Assembly (NCBI RefSeq): GCF_000006765.1
Contig: NC_002516.2
Origin: Pseudomonas aeruginosa PAO1
GTDB lineage: Bacteria > Pseudomonadota > Gammaproteobacteria > Pseudomonadales > Pseudomonadaceae
Reading direction: 5' to 3' (one strand)
Length of the DNA: 64,000 nucleotides
In this document: positions 28,520 through 41,285 of the stretch, in pieces
How positions within the stretch are numbered: the stretch's first letter is position 1
Layout of the letters: each line of letters opens with the position of its first letter
Position numbers and translations under genes: made by a program
The notes under the pieces: generated by a model
Database searches by the model: none
What the model was told of the DNA's origin: nothing
What the model saw: the letters and a program-made list of their open reading frames with translations, nothing else

Positions 28520-29563
28520 ATGGCAGCTCTGCATGCATTTCTCACCGAACCGTTCCTCGGTACGGCTACCTGGTTCTGGCTGGCCTTCCTGGCCATCGTC
28601 ATCGTTCTCCTGGTCCTCGACCTCGGCGTGCTGCAACGCGACCACCACGAAATCGGCGTGCGCGAAAGCCTGCTGCTGTCCGCCGGCTACTTCGCCTGCG
28701 GCCTGGCCTTCGGCGGCTGGGTCTGGTACGCCTTCGGCCCCACCAGCGCGGTGGAGTACTACACCGGCTTCCTGGTCGAACAGTCGCTATCGATGGACAA
28801 CGTGTTCGTCATGGCGATGATCTTCAGTTTCTTCGGCATCCCCCGCCGCTACCAGCACCAGGTGCTGTTCTGGGGCATCCTCGGCGCCATCGTCCTGCGG
28901 GCGATCATGATCGGCCTGGGCGCCGCGCTGGTGAAGGAGTTCGACTGGATCATGTACGTGTTCGGCGCCTTCCTGCTGTTCAGCGGCGTGAAGATGCTGT
29001 TCAACAAGCACGAGGAAGAACCCGACCTCGAGCACAACCCGGTGCTGCGCTTCCTGCGCAAGCACATGCGGGTGACCAAGGAACTGCACGAGCATCACTT
29101 CTTCGTCCGCCTGCCGGACGCCAGCGGCAAGCTGGTGCGCTACGCCACCCCGCTGTTCTTCGCCCTGGTGCTGATCGAGCTGGCCGACCTGGTGTTCGCG
29201 GTGGACAGCGTGCCGGCGATCTTCGCCATCACCCAGGACCCGTTCATCGTCTACACCTCGAACATCTTCGCCATCCTCGGCCTGCGCGCCCTGTACTTCT
29301 CGCTGGCGGCGATGATCCACCGCTTCGTCTACCTGAAGTACGCCCTGGCCCTGGTGCTGGTGTTCATCGGTGCGAAGATCATGCTCCACGGTGTGATCGG
29401 CAAGATTCCCGCCGGCCTCTCGCTTGGCGTAACCTTCGGCCTGCTGGCGGGCGGTATCCTGCTCTCCCTGCTGAAGACCCGCACGCCGAAAGCCACCGTC
29501 GAGGACAAGGCCGAACCGAATGCCGAACACGCTCTGGATCGAACGTCTGGACACCCACGCTGA
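28520..29563 (+). CDS. terC: TerC/Alx-family membrane protein
   Basis: EQSLSMDNVF, LFWGILGAIVLR, DLVFAVDSVPAIFAIT; 347 aa. Confidence 0.92.
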   Translation: MAALHAFLTEPFLGTATWFWLAFLAIVIVLLVLDLGVLQRDHHEIGVRESLLLSAGYFACGLAFGGWVWYAFGPTSAVEYYTGFLVEQSLSMDNVFVMAMIFSFFGIPRRYQHQVLFWGILGAIVLRAIMIGLGAALVKEFDWIMYVFGAFLLFSGVKMLFNKHEEEPDLEHNPVLRFLRKHMRVTKELHEHHFFVRLPDASGKLVRYATPLFFALVLIELADLVFAVDSVPAIFAITQDPFIVYTSNIFAILGLRALYFSLAAMIHRFVYLKYALALVLVFIGAKIMLHGVIGKIPAGLSLGVTFGLLAGGILLSLLKTRTPKATVEDKAEPNAEHALDRTSGHPR

Positions 29564-29711
29564 ACCTTTCTGGCGGGTCCGCCTCGGCACGCGTGGGATC
29601 TGCTTCCGCAACGAGCGGGCGGCCCGCGAGTTCGCCGCCCTGCTGCACAGCCGTCGCGCGTGGCAGCTGGAACGCAACGCCGAGGAAAAAGGGGCAGACT
29701 CCCCGGAATGA
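29520..29711 (+). CDS. 63-aa small hypothetical protein overlapping the terC 3' end
   Basis: MPNTLWIERL...WRVRLGTRGICFRNERAAREFAALLHSR; stops exactly at a terminator. Confidence 0.5.
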   Translation: MPNTLWIERLDTHAEPFWRVRLGTRGICFRNERAAREFAALLHSRRAWQLERNAEEKGADSPE

Positions 29712-29736
29712 AAAAGGCCCGCACCCGCGGGCCTTT
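29711..29736. terminator. Rho-independent, probably bidirectional terminator
   Basis: AAAAAGGCCCGC-ACCC-GCGGGCCTTT. Confidence 0.8.
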
Positions 29737-29753
29737 CCCCTATACCACAGCCG

Positions 29754-30983
<1,230 letters not shown>

Positions 30984-31085
30984 GGGGGATACCTTCTGAC
31001 GGGTTGGCAGGCGAGGCATCGGACAAAGGCGCTGGTAACGATGCCGGAACAGGGCTTAAGATTTGCCCAGTCTATTTTTTCCGTC

Positions 31086-31099
31086 CATGAACATTCATG
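31086..31099. promoter_or_regulatory. Palindrome, likely LTTR site
   Basis: CATGAA-CA-TTCATG between the divergent ACAD and LysR genes. Confidence 0.4.
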
Positions 31100-31156
31100 A
31101 TCCATATGGGGGTCATCCAAGCCCCCAATAACAAGAAAAGTCGCGGAGCCAGTGCC

Positions 31157-32089
31157 ATGAACCTGAACAAAGTCGACCTGAACCTGTTCATCGTGTTCGA
31201 TGCGATCTATACCGAAGCCAACCTGACCCGCGCCGGGCAGATCGTCGGCATCACCCAGCCAGCCGTATCCAACGCCCTTTCCCGGCTGCGCGAGACCTTC
31301 AACGACCCGCTGTTCGTGCGCACCGCCCAAGGCATGGTGCCGACCCCTATGGCGCAGAACATCATCGGCCCGGTGCGCAACGCGCTGCAGTTGCTGCGGG
31401 TTTCGGTGCAGGAGAGCCGCAGCTTCGATCCGCAGCAGGCGAACAAGACCTACCGCATCAGCATGACCGACCTCACCGAAGCGGTCATCCTCCCCCCGCT
31501 GTTCCAGCGCTTGCGCCGCCTGGCGCCGAACGTGCATATCGAGAGCTTCCTCGCCAAGCGCCGCGAGACCACCAAGGAACTCGCCGCCGGCCGCCTCGAC
31601 TTCGCCGTCGACGCGCCGCTGAACACCGATCCCCAGGTGCGCCACGTCAAGCTGATGGAGGACCGCTACGTCTGCGCCATGCGCCGCGGCCACCCACTGG
31701 CGGGCAAGCCTAAGCTGGCCCTGGACGATTACCTGGGCCTGACCCACATCCATATTTCCAGCCGCCGCAGCGGCCTCGGCTACATCGACCTGGCGCTGGG
31801 CAAGATGGGCATCCAGCGCAAGATCGCGCTGCGCTCGCAGCACTACCTGATGGCCTCCACGGTGGTCCAGCAGACCGACATGGCGATGACCGTGCCGGAA
31901 CGCTTCGCCCGTCACCACGACCTGCACTACGCGGTGCTGCCGGTGAGCGACGTGCCGAAGCTGGAAACCCACCTGTACTGGCACGAGAGCACCGATCAGG
32001 ACCCGGCCAACCGCTGGATGCGCGAGCAGATCATCGAGCTGTGCCAGCAGGTCACCGCGCGCGAGAACAAGGCGGCACAGCCGGCGTGA
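31157..32089 (+). CDS. LysR-family regulator (NodD/MexT-like)
   Basis: MNLNKVDLNLF, TQPAVSNALSRLR; 310 aa. Confidence 0.92.
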   Translation: MNLNKVDLNLFIVFDAIYTEANLTRAGQIVGITQPAVSNALSRLRETFNDPLFVRTAQGMVPTPMAQNIIGPVRNALQLLRVSVQESRSFDPQQANKTYRISMTDLTEAVILPPLFQRLRRLAPNVHIESFLAKRRETTKELAAGRLDFAVDAPLNTDPQVRHVKLMEDRYVCAMRRGHPLAGKPKLALDDYLGLTHIHISSRRSGLGYIDLALGKMGIQRKIALRSQHYLMASTVVQQTDMAMTVPERFARHHDLHYAVLPVSDVPKLETHLYWHESTDQDPANRWMREQIIELCQQVTARENKAAQPA

Positions 32090-32150
32090 GCGCCTGCCAA
32101 GGGGCGTAGGGCGAACGAGGCTCGGGCATTTGCTTCCGAGGTGCCTCAGT

Positions 32151-32178
32151 GCGCCCTCTCCCTGAAGGGAGAAGGCGC
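32151..32178. repeat. CCCTCTCCC/GGGAGA-type extragenic hairpin between convergent genes
   Basis: GCGCCCTCTCCC-TGAA-GGGAGAAGGCGC; a GTAGGGCGAA REP half lies at 32106. Confidence 0.5.
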
Positions 32179-32205
32179 CGTTGCGGAAACGACGGATAGT
32201 CGCCG

Positions 32206-33333
32206 CTACAGGCTGCGCGCGATCACCAGGCGCTGCACGTCGCTGGTGCCCTCGTAGATCTGGCAGACCCGCACGTCCCGATAGATGCGTTCCACCGGGA
32301 AGTCCTTGAGGTAGCCATAGCCACCGAGGGTCTGGATCGCCGCGGAGCAGACTTCCTCGGCCATCTCCGAGGCGAACAGCTTGGCCATCGAGGCTTCGGT
32401 CAGGCACGGCAGGCCGGCTTCGCGCAGGCTGGCGGCGTGGTGGACCATCTGCCGCGCCACGGCGATGCGGGTGGCCATGTCGGCCAGGCGGAAGGCCACC
32501 GCCTGGTGCTCGATGATCGGCTTGCCGAAGGTTTCCCGCTCATGGGCGTAGTCGCGCGCCGCCTCGAACGCCGCGCGCGCCATGCCGACCGCCTGGGCGG
32601 CGATGCCGATGCGGCCGCCTTCGAGGTTGGCCAGGGCGATGCGGTAACCCTCGCCCTCCTCGCCCAGGCGCAGCGTGGCCGGGATACGCAGGTCGTTGAA
32701 GGCCAGCTGGCAGGTGTCCGAGGCGTGCTGGCCGAGCTTGTCCTCGATCCGCACCACCTCGTAGCCGGGCGTGTCGGTGGGCACGATGAACGCGCTGATG
32801 CCGCGCTTTCCGGCATCCGGATCGGTGACCGCGAAGACGATCACCATCCCCGCGTGGCTGCCCGAAGTGATGAACTGCTTGGCACCGTTCAGCACGTAGT
32901 GGTCACCGTCGCGGCGGGCGCGGGTCTTCAGGAAGCTCGCGTCGGAACCGGCCTGCGGCTCGGTCAGGGCGAAGGCGCCGAGCATCGAACCCTGGGCCAG
33001 CGGACGGAGGAAGCGCTCCTTCTGCTCGGCGCTGCCGAACTTGTGGATCGGCATGCAGCCGACCGAGTTGTGCACGCTCATGATGGTCGAGCAGGCGCCG
33101 TCGCCAGCGGCGATCTCCTCGAGGGCCATGGCGTAGGCCAGGTGCCCGGTCTGCGCGCCGCCCCATTCCTCGGGCACCAGCATGCCGAGGAAGCCGAGGT
33201 CGGCCATCTCGCGGATCGCCTCGGCCGGGAAACGGTGCTCGCGGTCCCAGTCGGCGGCGAACGGTTTCAGCCGTTCCTGGGCGAACTGCCGCGCCATGTC
33301 ACGGATCTGGATCTCTTCTTCGCAGGGAATCAT
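32206..33333 (-). CDS. Short/branched-chain acyl-CoA dehydrogenase
   Basis: [24 protein letters not shown]; 375 aa. Confidence 0.92.
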   Translation of the reverse strand: MIPCEEEIQIRDMARQFAQERLKPFAADWDREHRFPAEAIREMADLGFLGMLVPEEWGGAQTGHLAYAMALEEIAAGDGACSTIMSVHNSVGCMPIHKFGSAEQKERFLRPLAQGSMLGAFALTEPQAGSDASFLKTRARRDGDHYVLNGAKQFITSGSHAGMVIVFAVTDPDAGKRGISAFIVPTDTPGYEVVRIEDKLGQHASDTCQLAFNDLRIPATLRLGEEGEGYRIALANLEGGRIGIAAQAVGMARAAFEAARDYAHERETFGKPIIEHQAVAFRLADMATRIAVARQMVHHAASLREAGLPCLTEASMAKLFASEMAEEVCSAAIQTLGGYGYLKDFPVERIYRDVRVCQIYEGTSDVQRLVIARSL

Positions 33334-33361
33334 CGCGGGTTCCTCTTCTTCACTGCCTGCA

Positions 33362-34552
33362 TCAGCGCAAGCGCTCGACGGCGATCGCGGTCGCCTCGCC
33401 GCCGCCGATGCAGACCGCCGCCACGCCGCGTTCCAGGTCGTACTGCTGCAGGGCGTTGAGCAGGGTCACGACGATCCGCGCGCCGGACGCGCCGATCGGA
33501 TGGCCCAGCGCACAGGCGCCGCCGTGGACGTTGAGGCGCTCGTGGGACAGGTCGAGGTCGCGCATTGCCGCCATGCCGACCACGGCGAAGGCTTCGTTGA
33601 CCTCGAACAGGTCGACCTCGCCCAGCGACCAGCCGGTACGCTGCATCAGGCGCTTCACCGCACCGACCGGCGCGGTGGGGAACAGGTTCGGCGCGTCGGC
33701 GAACGAAGCATGCCCACGAATCGCCGCCAACGGCGCGAGCCCGCGTCGCTCGGCCTCGGAAAGGCGCATCAGGACCAGCGCGGCGGCGCCGTCGGAAATC
33801 GAACTGGAGTTGGCCGCGGTCACCGTGCCGCCTTCGCGGAACGCCGGCTTCAGGGTCGGGATCTTGTCCAGCCGGGCCTTCGGCGGCTGCTCGTCGCTAT
33901 CCACCAGGCGCTCGGTCTTGCCGGCGGTGACCGTCAGCGGCACGATCTCGGCCTGGAAGCGCCCGTCGCGCATGGCTTGCTGCGCGCGGGTCAGCGAGGC
34001 CACGGCGAACTCGTCCTGTGCTTCGCGGGTGAAGCCGTAGGCCTCGGCACAGTCCTCGGCGAAGGTGCCCATCAGGCGGCCCTTGTCGTAGGCGTCTTCG
34101 AGGCCGTCGAGGAACATGTGGTCGAGCACCTTGCCGTGGCCCATGCGGTAGCCGCTACGGGCGCGCTCCAGCAGGTAGGGCGCGTTGGACATGCTTTCCA
34201 TGCCCCCGGCCAGCGCGACCCCGGCGCTGCCGGCGAGCAACGTGTCATGGGCGAGCATCAGCGCCTTCATGCCCGAGCCGCACATCTTGTTCAGCGTCGA
34301 GCACGGCGTGCCGCGCGCCAGTCCGGCGCCAAGCACCGCCTGGCGCGCCGGCGCCTGGCCCTGGCCGGCGGCGAGCACGCAGCCGAGCACGGCCTCGTCC
34401 ACTTCGTCGGCTTGCAGGCGCGCCCGCTCCACCGCGGCGCGCACCGCCGCGGCACCGAGGGTAGCGGCGTTGACGTCCTTGAAGTCGCCGAGGAAGCCGC
34501 CCATCGGGGTGCGGACGGCGCTGACGATGACGATCGGATCTTCGCGGGTCAT
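33362..34552 (-). CDS. Acetyl-CoA C-acyltransferase (thiolase)
   Basis: Start MTREDP at 34552; [24 protein letters not shown]. Confidence 0.93.
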   Translation of the reverse strand: MTREDPIVIVSAVRTPMGGFLGDFKDVNAATLGAAAVRAAVERARLQADEVDEAVLGCVLAAGQGQAPARQAVLGAGLARGTPCSTLNKMCGSGMKALMLAHDTLLAGSAGVALAGGMESMSNAPYLLERARSGYRMGHGKVLDHMFLDGLEDAYDKGRLMGTFAEDCAEAYGFTREAQDEFAVASLTRAQQAMRDGRFQAEIVPLTVTAGKTERLVDSDEQPPKARLDKIPTLKPAFREGGTVTAANSSSISDGAAALVLMRLSEAERRGLAPLAAIRGHASFADAPNLFPTAPVGAVKRLMQRTGWSLGEVDLFEVNEAFAVVGMAAMRDLDLSHERLNVHGGACALGHPIGASGARIVVTLLNALQQYDLERGVAAVCIGGGEATAIAVERLR

Positions 34553-34569
34553 GGGATCTTCCTCCTGTA

Positions 34570-35337
<768 letters not shown>

Positions 35338-35356
35338 GTCGTTTTCTCCTGCTGAA

Positions 35357-37024
35357 TCAGTTCGCGGCGGCCGCCCGTGGGGCCGCCTCGCGTTGCCGGG
35401 CGATCTCCTGGTTGCGCAGGAGAAAGCGCTGGATCTTGCCGCTGGGAGTCTTCGGCAGTTCCTCGAGGAACTCGATCTCCCGCGGGTAGGCGTGCGCCGA
35501 CAGGCGCTGGCGCACGTATCGCTGCAATGCGTCCGCCAGTTCCGGCGTCGGCCGGTGGCCGGCGCAGAGCACGACGAAGGCCTTGACCAGTTCGGTGCGC
35601 TCCGGGTCGGGCTTGCCGATCACCGCCGCCTCCATCACTGCCGGGTGTTCGATCAGCGCGCTCTCCACATCGAACGGGCCGACCCGGTAGCCAGAGGTGG
35701 TAATGACGTCGTCGGCGCGGCCGACGAAGCTGATGCTGCCGTCTTCGTTGAGTTCGACGGTATCGCCGCTCAGGTAGTAGTCGCCGACGAAGGCTGCGGT
35801 TTCCAGGCCCTGGTAGCCGGGAAACCACATCAGCGGCGAACGCCGCCGGTCGAGGGCGAGGATGCCTGGCTGGCCGGGCGGCAGTTCGTTGAGATCGTCG
35901 TCCAGCACTACTACCCGGTGCCCGGGACAGGCGAACCCGGCGGCGCCGACCCGCACCGGATGCGCCAGGGCATGGTGGTTGCACAGCACCATGCCCAGCT
36001 CGGTCTGCCCGTAATGATCGTGGATGGTGGTGCCGAGCCTGTCGGCGAACCAGCGGATCACCTCCGGCGTCAACGGCTCGCCGGCGCTGCTGACCGCGCG
36101 CAGGCGCCCCTTCAGCGCAGTTTCCGCGGCCGCGCCGGCGGCCATCAGCAGGCGATAGGCGGTGGGCGATCCGGCGAGGTTGGTGATGCCGTAGTCACGG
36201 ATGATCCGGCAGGTGCTTTCCACGCTGAACGGCCCTTCGTAGAAGGTGGTCGGATGGCCCATGGCGAGGGGACCGGCGACAGCGTAGTAGAGGCCGTAGG
36301 CCCAGCCCGGATCGGCGAGGTTCCAGAAGGCGTCCTCGGGGCGCAGGTCCACCGCCTCGCGCAGGTAGCCGACGAAGGCGAGGATCGCCTTGAGCGGCAC
36401 CGGCACCGGTTTGGCCAGGCCGGTGGTGCCGGAGGTGAACATCATCAGGAACGGATCCTCGCCGCTGCGCGGAACCGGTTCGAATTCGGCCGGATAGCGC
36501 TCCAGCTCGGCCCAGAAGCTGAAATCGCCGCGACGGATGCCCTGCCCCTTCGGTCCGCCGACGGTGACGGCCAGAGGCGGATCGGCGAGTTCGTCGAGCT
36601 TGTCGCGGTTGGCCGCATCGGTGACCAGCACCTTGCTGCCGGCGGTCGCCACGCGGTGTTCGATGGCCTTCGGGCCGAAGGCGGTGAACAGCGGCTGGTA
36701 CACCGCGCCCAGGCGCCAGGCGCCGAGGATGGTGACCAGCAGCTCGGGCGTGCGCGGCAACAGGCCGGCGACGCAGTCGCCCGGGCGTACGCCCTGGGCC
36801 TGGAGGAAATTGGCGAAACGTCCGGAGAGCGCTTTCAGCTCGCTGAAGGTATAGCTGGCGCGACTGCCATCCTTGCCCTCCCAGAACAACGCGATCCGAC
36901 CCGGCAGGGCATGCCGGTCGCAGCATTCGACGCAGGCGTTGAGCGCCTGGAGCGTACCGGAAAGCGTGGCGGCGGCGGTCCGCTGCAAGTCGAACCCGGC
37001 GGCAGTGGTGGCGTAGTCGCGCAT
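35357..37024 (-). CDS. Acyl-CoA synthetase (AMP-binding)
   Basis: GAGGAG RBS; start MRDYAT at 37024; [22 protein letters not shown]; 555 aa. Confidence 0.92.
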   Translation of the reverse strand: MRDYATTAAGFDLQRTAAATLSGTLQALNACVECCDRHALPGRIALFWEGKDGSRASYTFSELKALSGRFANFLQAQGVRPGDCVAGLLPRTPELLVTILGAWRLGAVYQPLFTAFGPKAIEHRVATAGSKVLVTDAANRDKLDELADPPLAVTVGGPKGQGIRRGDFSFWAELERYPAEFEPVPRSGEDPFLMMFTSGTTGLAKPVPVPLKAILAFVGYLREAVDLRPEDAFWNLADPGWAYGLYYAVAGPLAMGHPTTFYEGPFSVESTCRIIRDYGITNLAGSPTAYRLLMAAGAAAETALKGRLRAVSSAGEPLTPEVIRWFADRLGTTIHDHYGQTELGMVLCNHHALAHPVRVGAAGFACPGHRVVVLDDDLNELPPGQPGILALDRRRSPLMWFPGYQGLETAAFVGDYYLSGDTVELNEDGSISFVGRADDVITTSGYRVGPFDVESALIEHPAVMEAAVIGKPDPERTELVKAFVVLCAGHRPTPELADALQRYVRQRLSAHAYPREIEFLEELPKTPSGKIQRFLLRNQEIARQREAAPRAAAAN

Positions 37025-37201
37025 TGCAGGACTCCTCGGCTTGTTTTTGTATGGAGTAGCCGGAATCTTCACGCCGTGGCCGACGCGGGGCAATGTCGAA
37101 AGGCTTCAATCTGCCTGAGCGGTTTGGACAATCCGTGCTGGCCGCCTGCCCCGCCGAACCGTTCGCGACATACGGCGGATGACGCTGCGCGGGCATTCAC
37201 C

Positions 37202-38287
37202 CTATCGATGGCCGAGCGTTTCGGACAAGACGCCTGACGACTCGGCCGACGCGGTTTCCGCCGCGACCTGCGTCCGGTACTGCCCGGGGGTCGAGCCGGT
37301 CCACTTCTTGAACGCCTTGTGGAACGCGCTGCCATCGGCGAAGCCCAGCTCCAGCGCCAGTTCGGCGAAATTCGCCGCGCCGGCGTCCAGCCGCGCGATG
37401 GCCAGGTCGCGGCGGACCTGGTCCTTCAGCGCCTGGTAGCTCTGCCCTTCCAGGGACAGCTTGCGGCGCAGGGTCGAGGGCGCCATGAAGAAATGCCCGG
37501 CGAGCGCGTCCGCGTCCGGCCAGCGTCCCGGCCGCAGGCTGCGCAGGTAGGCCTTGATCCGCGCCGCCAGGCTCTGCGGATCGCGATAGCGGACCAGGAT
37601 GTTGGCCGGCGCGCCGAGCAGGAAGCGCCGCAGCTCCCGCTTGTCGCGGCGGACCGGCAAGGCCAGGCAGTCGGCATTGAACAGCAGGCGGCTGAGGGGA
37701 CGGGAGAAACGCAGGTTGTCGCTGAACATCACCCGGTAGTCCTCGATGTAGTCCGGCTGCGGACAGCGCAGGTCGATGGCCAGGATCGGGATGCGCCGGC
37801 CGACCAGCCAGCAGGCCAGGCCATGGGTGATCATCCATAGGGTGAAGTAGGACAGCGCTCGCCCGTACCGGCCCGGCGCCTCGTCGAGGACGATTTCCGC
37901 CAGGCCGCCGCGGCGCTGCAGGCGCGGCTGGAAGTCGTCGAACTGCAGGCAGAGGAATCGCAGGATGCCGGTCAGCGCCGGCTCCAGGGTCTGCTCGTGG
38001 ATCGCGCAGCGGCTCATGAAAGCGAAGCTGCCACTCTTCAGGCGCCGCGAGTCCATGCCGAAGAACTCGTCGTCCATGCGCCGAGCGAGATCCAGCCAGA
38101 GCCGCGAATAGGCGTGCGAGGTGACCCGCGCGTAGGGTTTGCCGAGCAGCTGCGGATCGATACCGGCGGCCTGGAGGACCTCCCCCTGCTCGCCGCCCTG
38201 CCGGCGCCACTCCACCAGCGCCTCGCCGACCAGGCGCACCGAGATGGTGCCCTTGGTGCTCGCCTGAGTCTCGCCGTCGTTCTTCAC
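37202..38287 (-). CDS. AraC-family regulator (OruR/Arabinose_bd_2 type)
   Basis: C-terminal STLRRKL and LGFADGSAFHKAFKKWTG double HTH. Confidence 0.9.
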   Translation of the reverse strand: MKNDGETQASTKGTISVRLVGEALVEWRRQGGEQGEVLQAAGIDPQLLGKPYARVTSHAYSRLWLDLARRMDDEFFGMDSRRLKSGSFAFMSRCAIHEQTLEPALTGILRFLCLQFDDFQPRLQRRGGLAEIVLDEAPGRYGRALSYFTLWMITHGLACWLVGRRIPILAIDLRCPQPDYIEDYRVMFSDNLRFSRPLSRLLFNADCLALPVRRDKRELRRFLLGAPANILVRYRDPQSLAARIKAYLRSLRPGRWPDADALAGHFFMAPSTLRRKLSLEGQSYQALKDQVRRDLAIARLDAGAANFAELALELGFADGSAFHKAFKKWTGSTPGQYRTQVAAETASAESSGVLSETLGHR

Positions 38288-38355
38288 CCGCCCCTCTCGC
38301 CTCGCTGCGCGCCGCCCGCCACCTTAGCGCAGGAGCGGGGCGCGGCTCCATCCTC

Positions 38356-40050
38356 TCAATCGCGCCCCTGGCGCAGCGCGAGTAGGCGAATCTCTTCGAT
38401 GCTGATCTCGCGCATGCGGAACTTCTGGATCTTGCCGGTAACGGTCATCGGGAACTCGTCGACGAACTTGAAGTGGCGCGGGATCTTGAAGTGAGCGATA
38501 CGCGCCTTGCAGAACGCCCGCAACTGTTCGTCATCGGCGTGGTGGCCCGGATGCAGCTTGATCCAGGCGACGATTTCCTCGCCATAGCGCTCGTCGGGGA
38601 TGCCGATCACCTGCACGTCGGCCACCGCCGGGTGAGTGAAGAAGAACTCCTCCAGTTCGCGCGGATAGATGTTCTCGCCGCCGCGGATGATCATGTCCTT
38701 GCTGCGCCCGACGATCCGCACGTAGCCGTCGTCGTCCATCACCGCCAGGTCGCCGGTGTGCATCCAGCGCGCCGGGTCGATGGCCTCGGCGGTGGCCTGG
38801 GGGTCGTTCCAGTAGCCGAGCATCACGCTGTAGCCGCGGGTGCACAGCTCGCCGATCTCGCCGCGCGGCACCACCCTGCCCGTCTGGTCGACGATCTTGC
38901 TCTCCAGCCTCGGCTGGGTGCGTCCGACAGTGGTCACGCGCAGCTCCAGGCCATCGTCCGGACCGGTCTGCAGCGACACCGGACTGGTCTCGGTCATGCC
39001 GTAGGCGATCTGCACCTCGGCCATGTGCATGTCGCCAATGACCCGCCGCATCACCTCGATCGGGCAGGTGGCGCCGGCCATGATTCCGGTGCGCAGGCTG
39101 GAAAGGTCGAATTCGCGGCGGCGCGGATGATCCAGCTCGGCGATGAACATGGTCGGTACCCCGTACAGCGCGGTGGCGCGCTCCTCGGCCACGGCCAGCA
39201 GGGTCGCCTCGGCGTCGAAGCTGGGCGCCGGGTAGATCATGGTCGAGCCGTGGGTGACGCAGCCGAGGTTGCCCATCACCATGCCGAAGCAGTGATACAG
39301 CGGCACCGGGATCACCAGGCGGTCTTCCGCGCCGAGTCCGAGGCTTTCGCCGACCATGTAGCCGTTGTTGAGGATGTTGTAGTGGCTGAGGGTGGCGCCC
39401 TTGGGGAAGCCGGTGGTACCGGAGGTGTACTGGATGTTGATCGGCTCGTCGAACTGTAGCGAGGCCTGGCGCTGGCGCAGTTCCTCGGCGCCTACCGCGG
39501 CGGCCAGCCCCGGCAGGCCCTGCCAGTGCAGGAAGCCCGCCGGCGCCCGCTCGGCCAGGCTGATCACGCCGCGCAGTTCCGGCAGGCGCTCGCTGGCCAG
39601 TTCGCCCGGACGCGCCCGCGCCAGCTCCGGCAGCAGGTCGCCGAGCATCGCGTGGTAGTCGCTGGTCTTGAAGGCGTCGGCGCAGATCAGCCAACTGCAA
39701 CCGGACTGCTTGAGAGCGTATTCCAGCTCGCTGCTGCGGTATGCCGGGTTGATGTTCACCAGGACCGCACCGACCTTGGCGCTGGCGAACTGGGTAATGC
39801 ACCATTCGGCGCAGTTCGGCGCCCAGATCCCCAGGCGCTCGCCGGGGCGCAGGCCCAGGGCGATGAAGGCGCGGGCGTAGGCATCGACCCGCTCCGCCAG
39901 TTGCCGCCAGCTGTAGCGCAGGCGTTGATGCCGCACCACCAGCGCCTCGCGCTCGGCATGACGCGCGACGGTGGCATCGAAGGCGTCGCCGACGGTGGTC
40001 GCCAGCAAGGCGACATCCTGGCGACCCGAGGTATAGCTCGGCTGATTCAT
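38356..40050 (-). CDS. Acyl-CoA synthetase (ACSF2-like)
   Basis: [29 protein letters not shown]; 564 aa. Confidence 0.92.
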   Translation of the reverse strand: MNQPSYTSGRQDVALLATTVGDAFDATVARHAEREALVVRHQRLRYSWRQLAERVDAYARAFIALGLRPGERLGIWAPNCAEWCITQFASAKVGAVLVNINPAYRSSELEYALKQSGCSWLICADAFKTSDYHAMLGDLLPELARARPGELASERLPELRGVISLAERAPAGFLHWQGLPGLAAAVGAEELRQRQASLQFDEPINIQYTSGTTGFPKGATLSHYNILNNGYMVGESLGLGAEDRLVIPVPLYHCFGMVMGNLGCVTHGSTMIYPAPSFDAEATLLAVAEERATALYGVPTMFIAELDHPRRREFDLSSLRTGIMAGATCPIEVMRRVIGDMHMAEVQIAYGMTETSPVSLQTGPDDGLELRVTTVGRTQPRLESKIVDQTGRVVPRGEIGELCTRGYSVMLGYWNDPQATAEAIDPARWMHTGDLAVMDDDGYVRIVGRSKDMIIRGGENIYPRELEEFFFTHPAVADVQVIGIPDERYGEEIVAWIKLHPGHHADDEQLRAFCKARIAHFKIPRHFKFVDEFPMTVTGKIQKFRMREISIEEIRLLALRQGRD

Positions 40051-40159
40051 GGCTTTCCCTTGTTGTGGTTGTTCTGGGAATGTCGCTGAACCGTCGTCCT
40101 GCGCCGCCAGGGCGCTACGACGGACACCGGCGAGCGGTGTCGGTGAAGTCGAAGAGCAT

Positions 40160-40183
40160 GTTTACGTTAACGTAAAGGTAAAC
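40160..40183. promoter_or_regulatory. LiuR operator (overlapping tandem)
   Basis: GTTTACGTTAACGTAAAGGTAAAC; contains the perfect palindrome TTTACGTTAACGTAAA, about 110 bp upstream of the acyl-CoA cluster. Confidence 0.75.
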
Positions 40184-40270
40184 GCAAGAGGCTTATCCGC
40201 CCAGGGCCGTCGGCCCCGGCGCGGCCCAACGGAACGGCGTAGAATGGGCGGTTTTTCACAGGAGCACAGC

Positions 40271-40963
40271 ATGACCCCGGAAATCGCCATCGGCCTGGTG
40301 ACGGCCCTCGGCCTCGGTGCGCTGGTCGGTCTCGAGCGACAATGGCGACAGCGCTCTTCCGGCATGGCCACCCACGCGATGGTCGCACTCGGTGCGGCCA
40401 GCTTCTCGATCCTGCCGCTGTTGCTCGACAACGAGGTCAGCGTGACCCGAATGGCGGCCCAGGTAGTCAGCGGCATCGGTTTTCTCGGCGCCGGCGTGAT
40501 CATGCGCGACGGCCTCAGCGTACGCGGCCTGAGCACTGCGGCGAGCATCTGGAGCACCGGCGCGATCGGCGTACTGGCCGGCAGCGGTTTCATCCTGGCG
40601 GCCTGCATGACGACCGCGCTGATCGTCATCGCCAACCTGTTCCTGCCCGCTCTCGGCCGGGTGGTGGACCGCCACACCTCGGGCGAGGCCGAGCAGGAGC
40701 GCTTCTACCAGATCAGCGTGTCCTGCGAGGCGCGCAACGAAGCGCTGGTGCGCATGCAGTTGCTGCAACGCATGGGCGACAACCGCCTGAACCTGCAGAG
40801 CCTGGAAAGCCACGCGCTGAAAGGCAGCGGCAACGTGGAAGTGAACGCCGTGGTGTTCACCCTGCACAAGGAGGACTCGCTGGTGGAACAGATGGTCGGC
40901 GAGCTGTGCCTGGCACCGCAGGTCACCGCCGCCAGTTGGGTGATGAATCCCGCCGCGGAATGA
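40271..40963 (+). CDS. MgtC/SapB-family membrane protein
   Basis: GGAG RBS; GLERQ, AQVVSGIGFLGAG, GLSTAASIW; C-terminal ACT-like domain; 230 aa. Confidence 0.92.
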   Translation: MTPEIAIGLVTALGLGALVGLERQWRQRSSGMATHAMVALGAASFSILPLLLDNEVSVTRMAAQVVSGIGFLGAGVIMRDGLSVRGLSTAASIWSTGAIGVLAGSGFILAACMTTALIVIANLFLPALGRVVDRHTSGEAEQERFYQISVSCEARNEALVRMQLLQRMGDNRLNLQSLESHALKGSGNVEVNAVVFTLHKEDSLVEQMVGELCLAPQVTAASWVMNPAAE

Positions 40964-41099
40964 ACCGGCGAATTTAGGTTGCCCATTCTAGACGCTTCGC
41001 CGCAGGCTTTTCCCACCTCCAGACAAGAACAAGCCGGAGTGAACCACACCACCACTGCCTGTTTCGTGGACGGGGCGAGCCGCCCCGCGGGGAGGAGTC

Positions 41100-41246
41100 A
41101 TGCGCTTGCGTTGTTTCTTGCGAGGTTGCCGCTGGGACGAAGGTAGCCTGGTCACGGTAGGCCCCGACCTGATGCTGCGCCAACGTTGCCGGCGTTGCGG
41201 CGCCCATCGCTATCTCAGCGTCGAGGCGCCGCCCGAGGAAGCCTGA
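41100..41246 (+). CDS. 48-aa Cys-rich small protein (below the ORF-track cutoff; resembles the PSPA7_2676 family as I recall it)
   Basis: GGAGGAG RBS; MRLRCFLRGCRWDEGSLVTVGPDLMLRQRCRRCGAHRYLSVEAPPEEA. Confidence 0.75.
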   Translation: MRLRCFLRGCRWDEGSLVTVGPDLMLRQRCRRCGAHRYLSVEAPPEEA

Positions 41247-41285
41247 GCGACGCCGGTCGCGTCCAGGCGTCGAGCGGCTGGCCCT

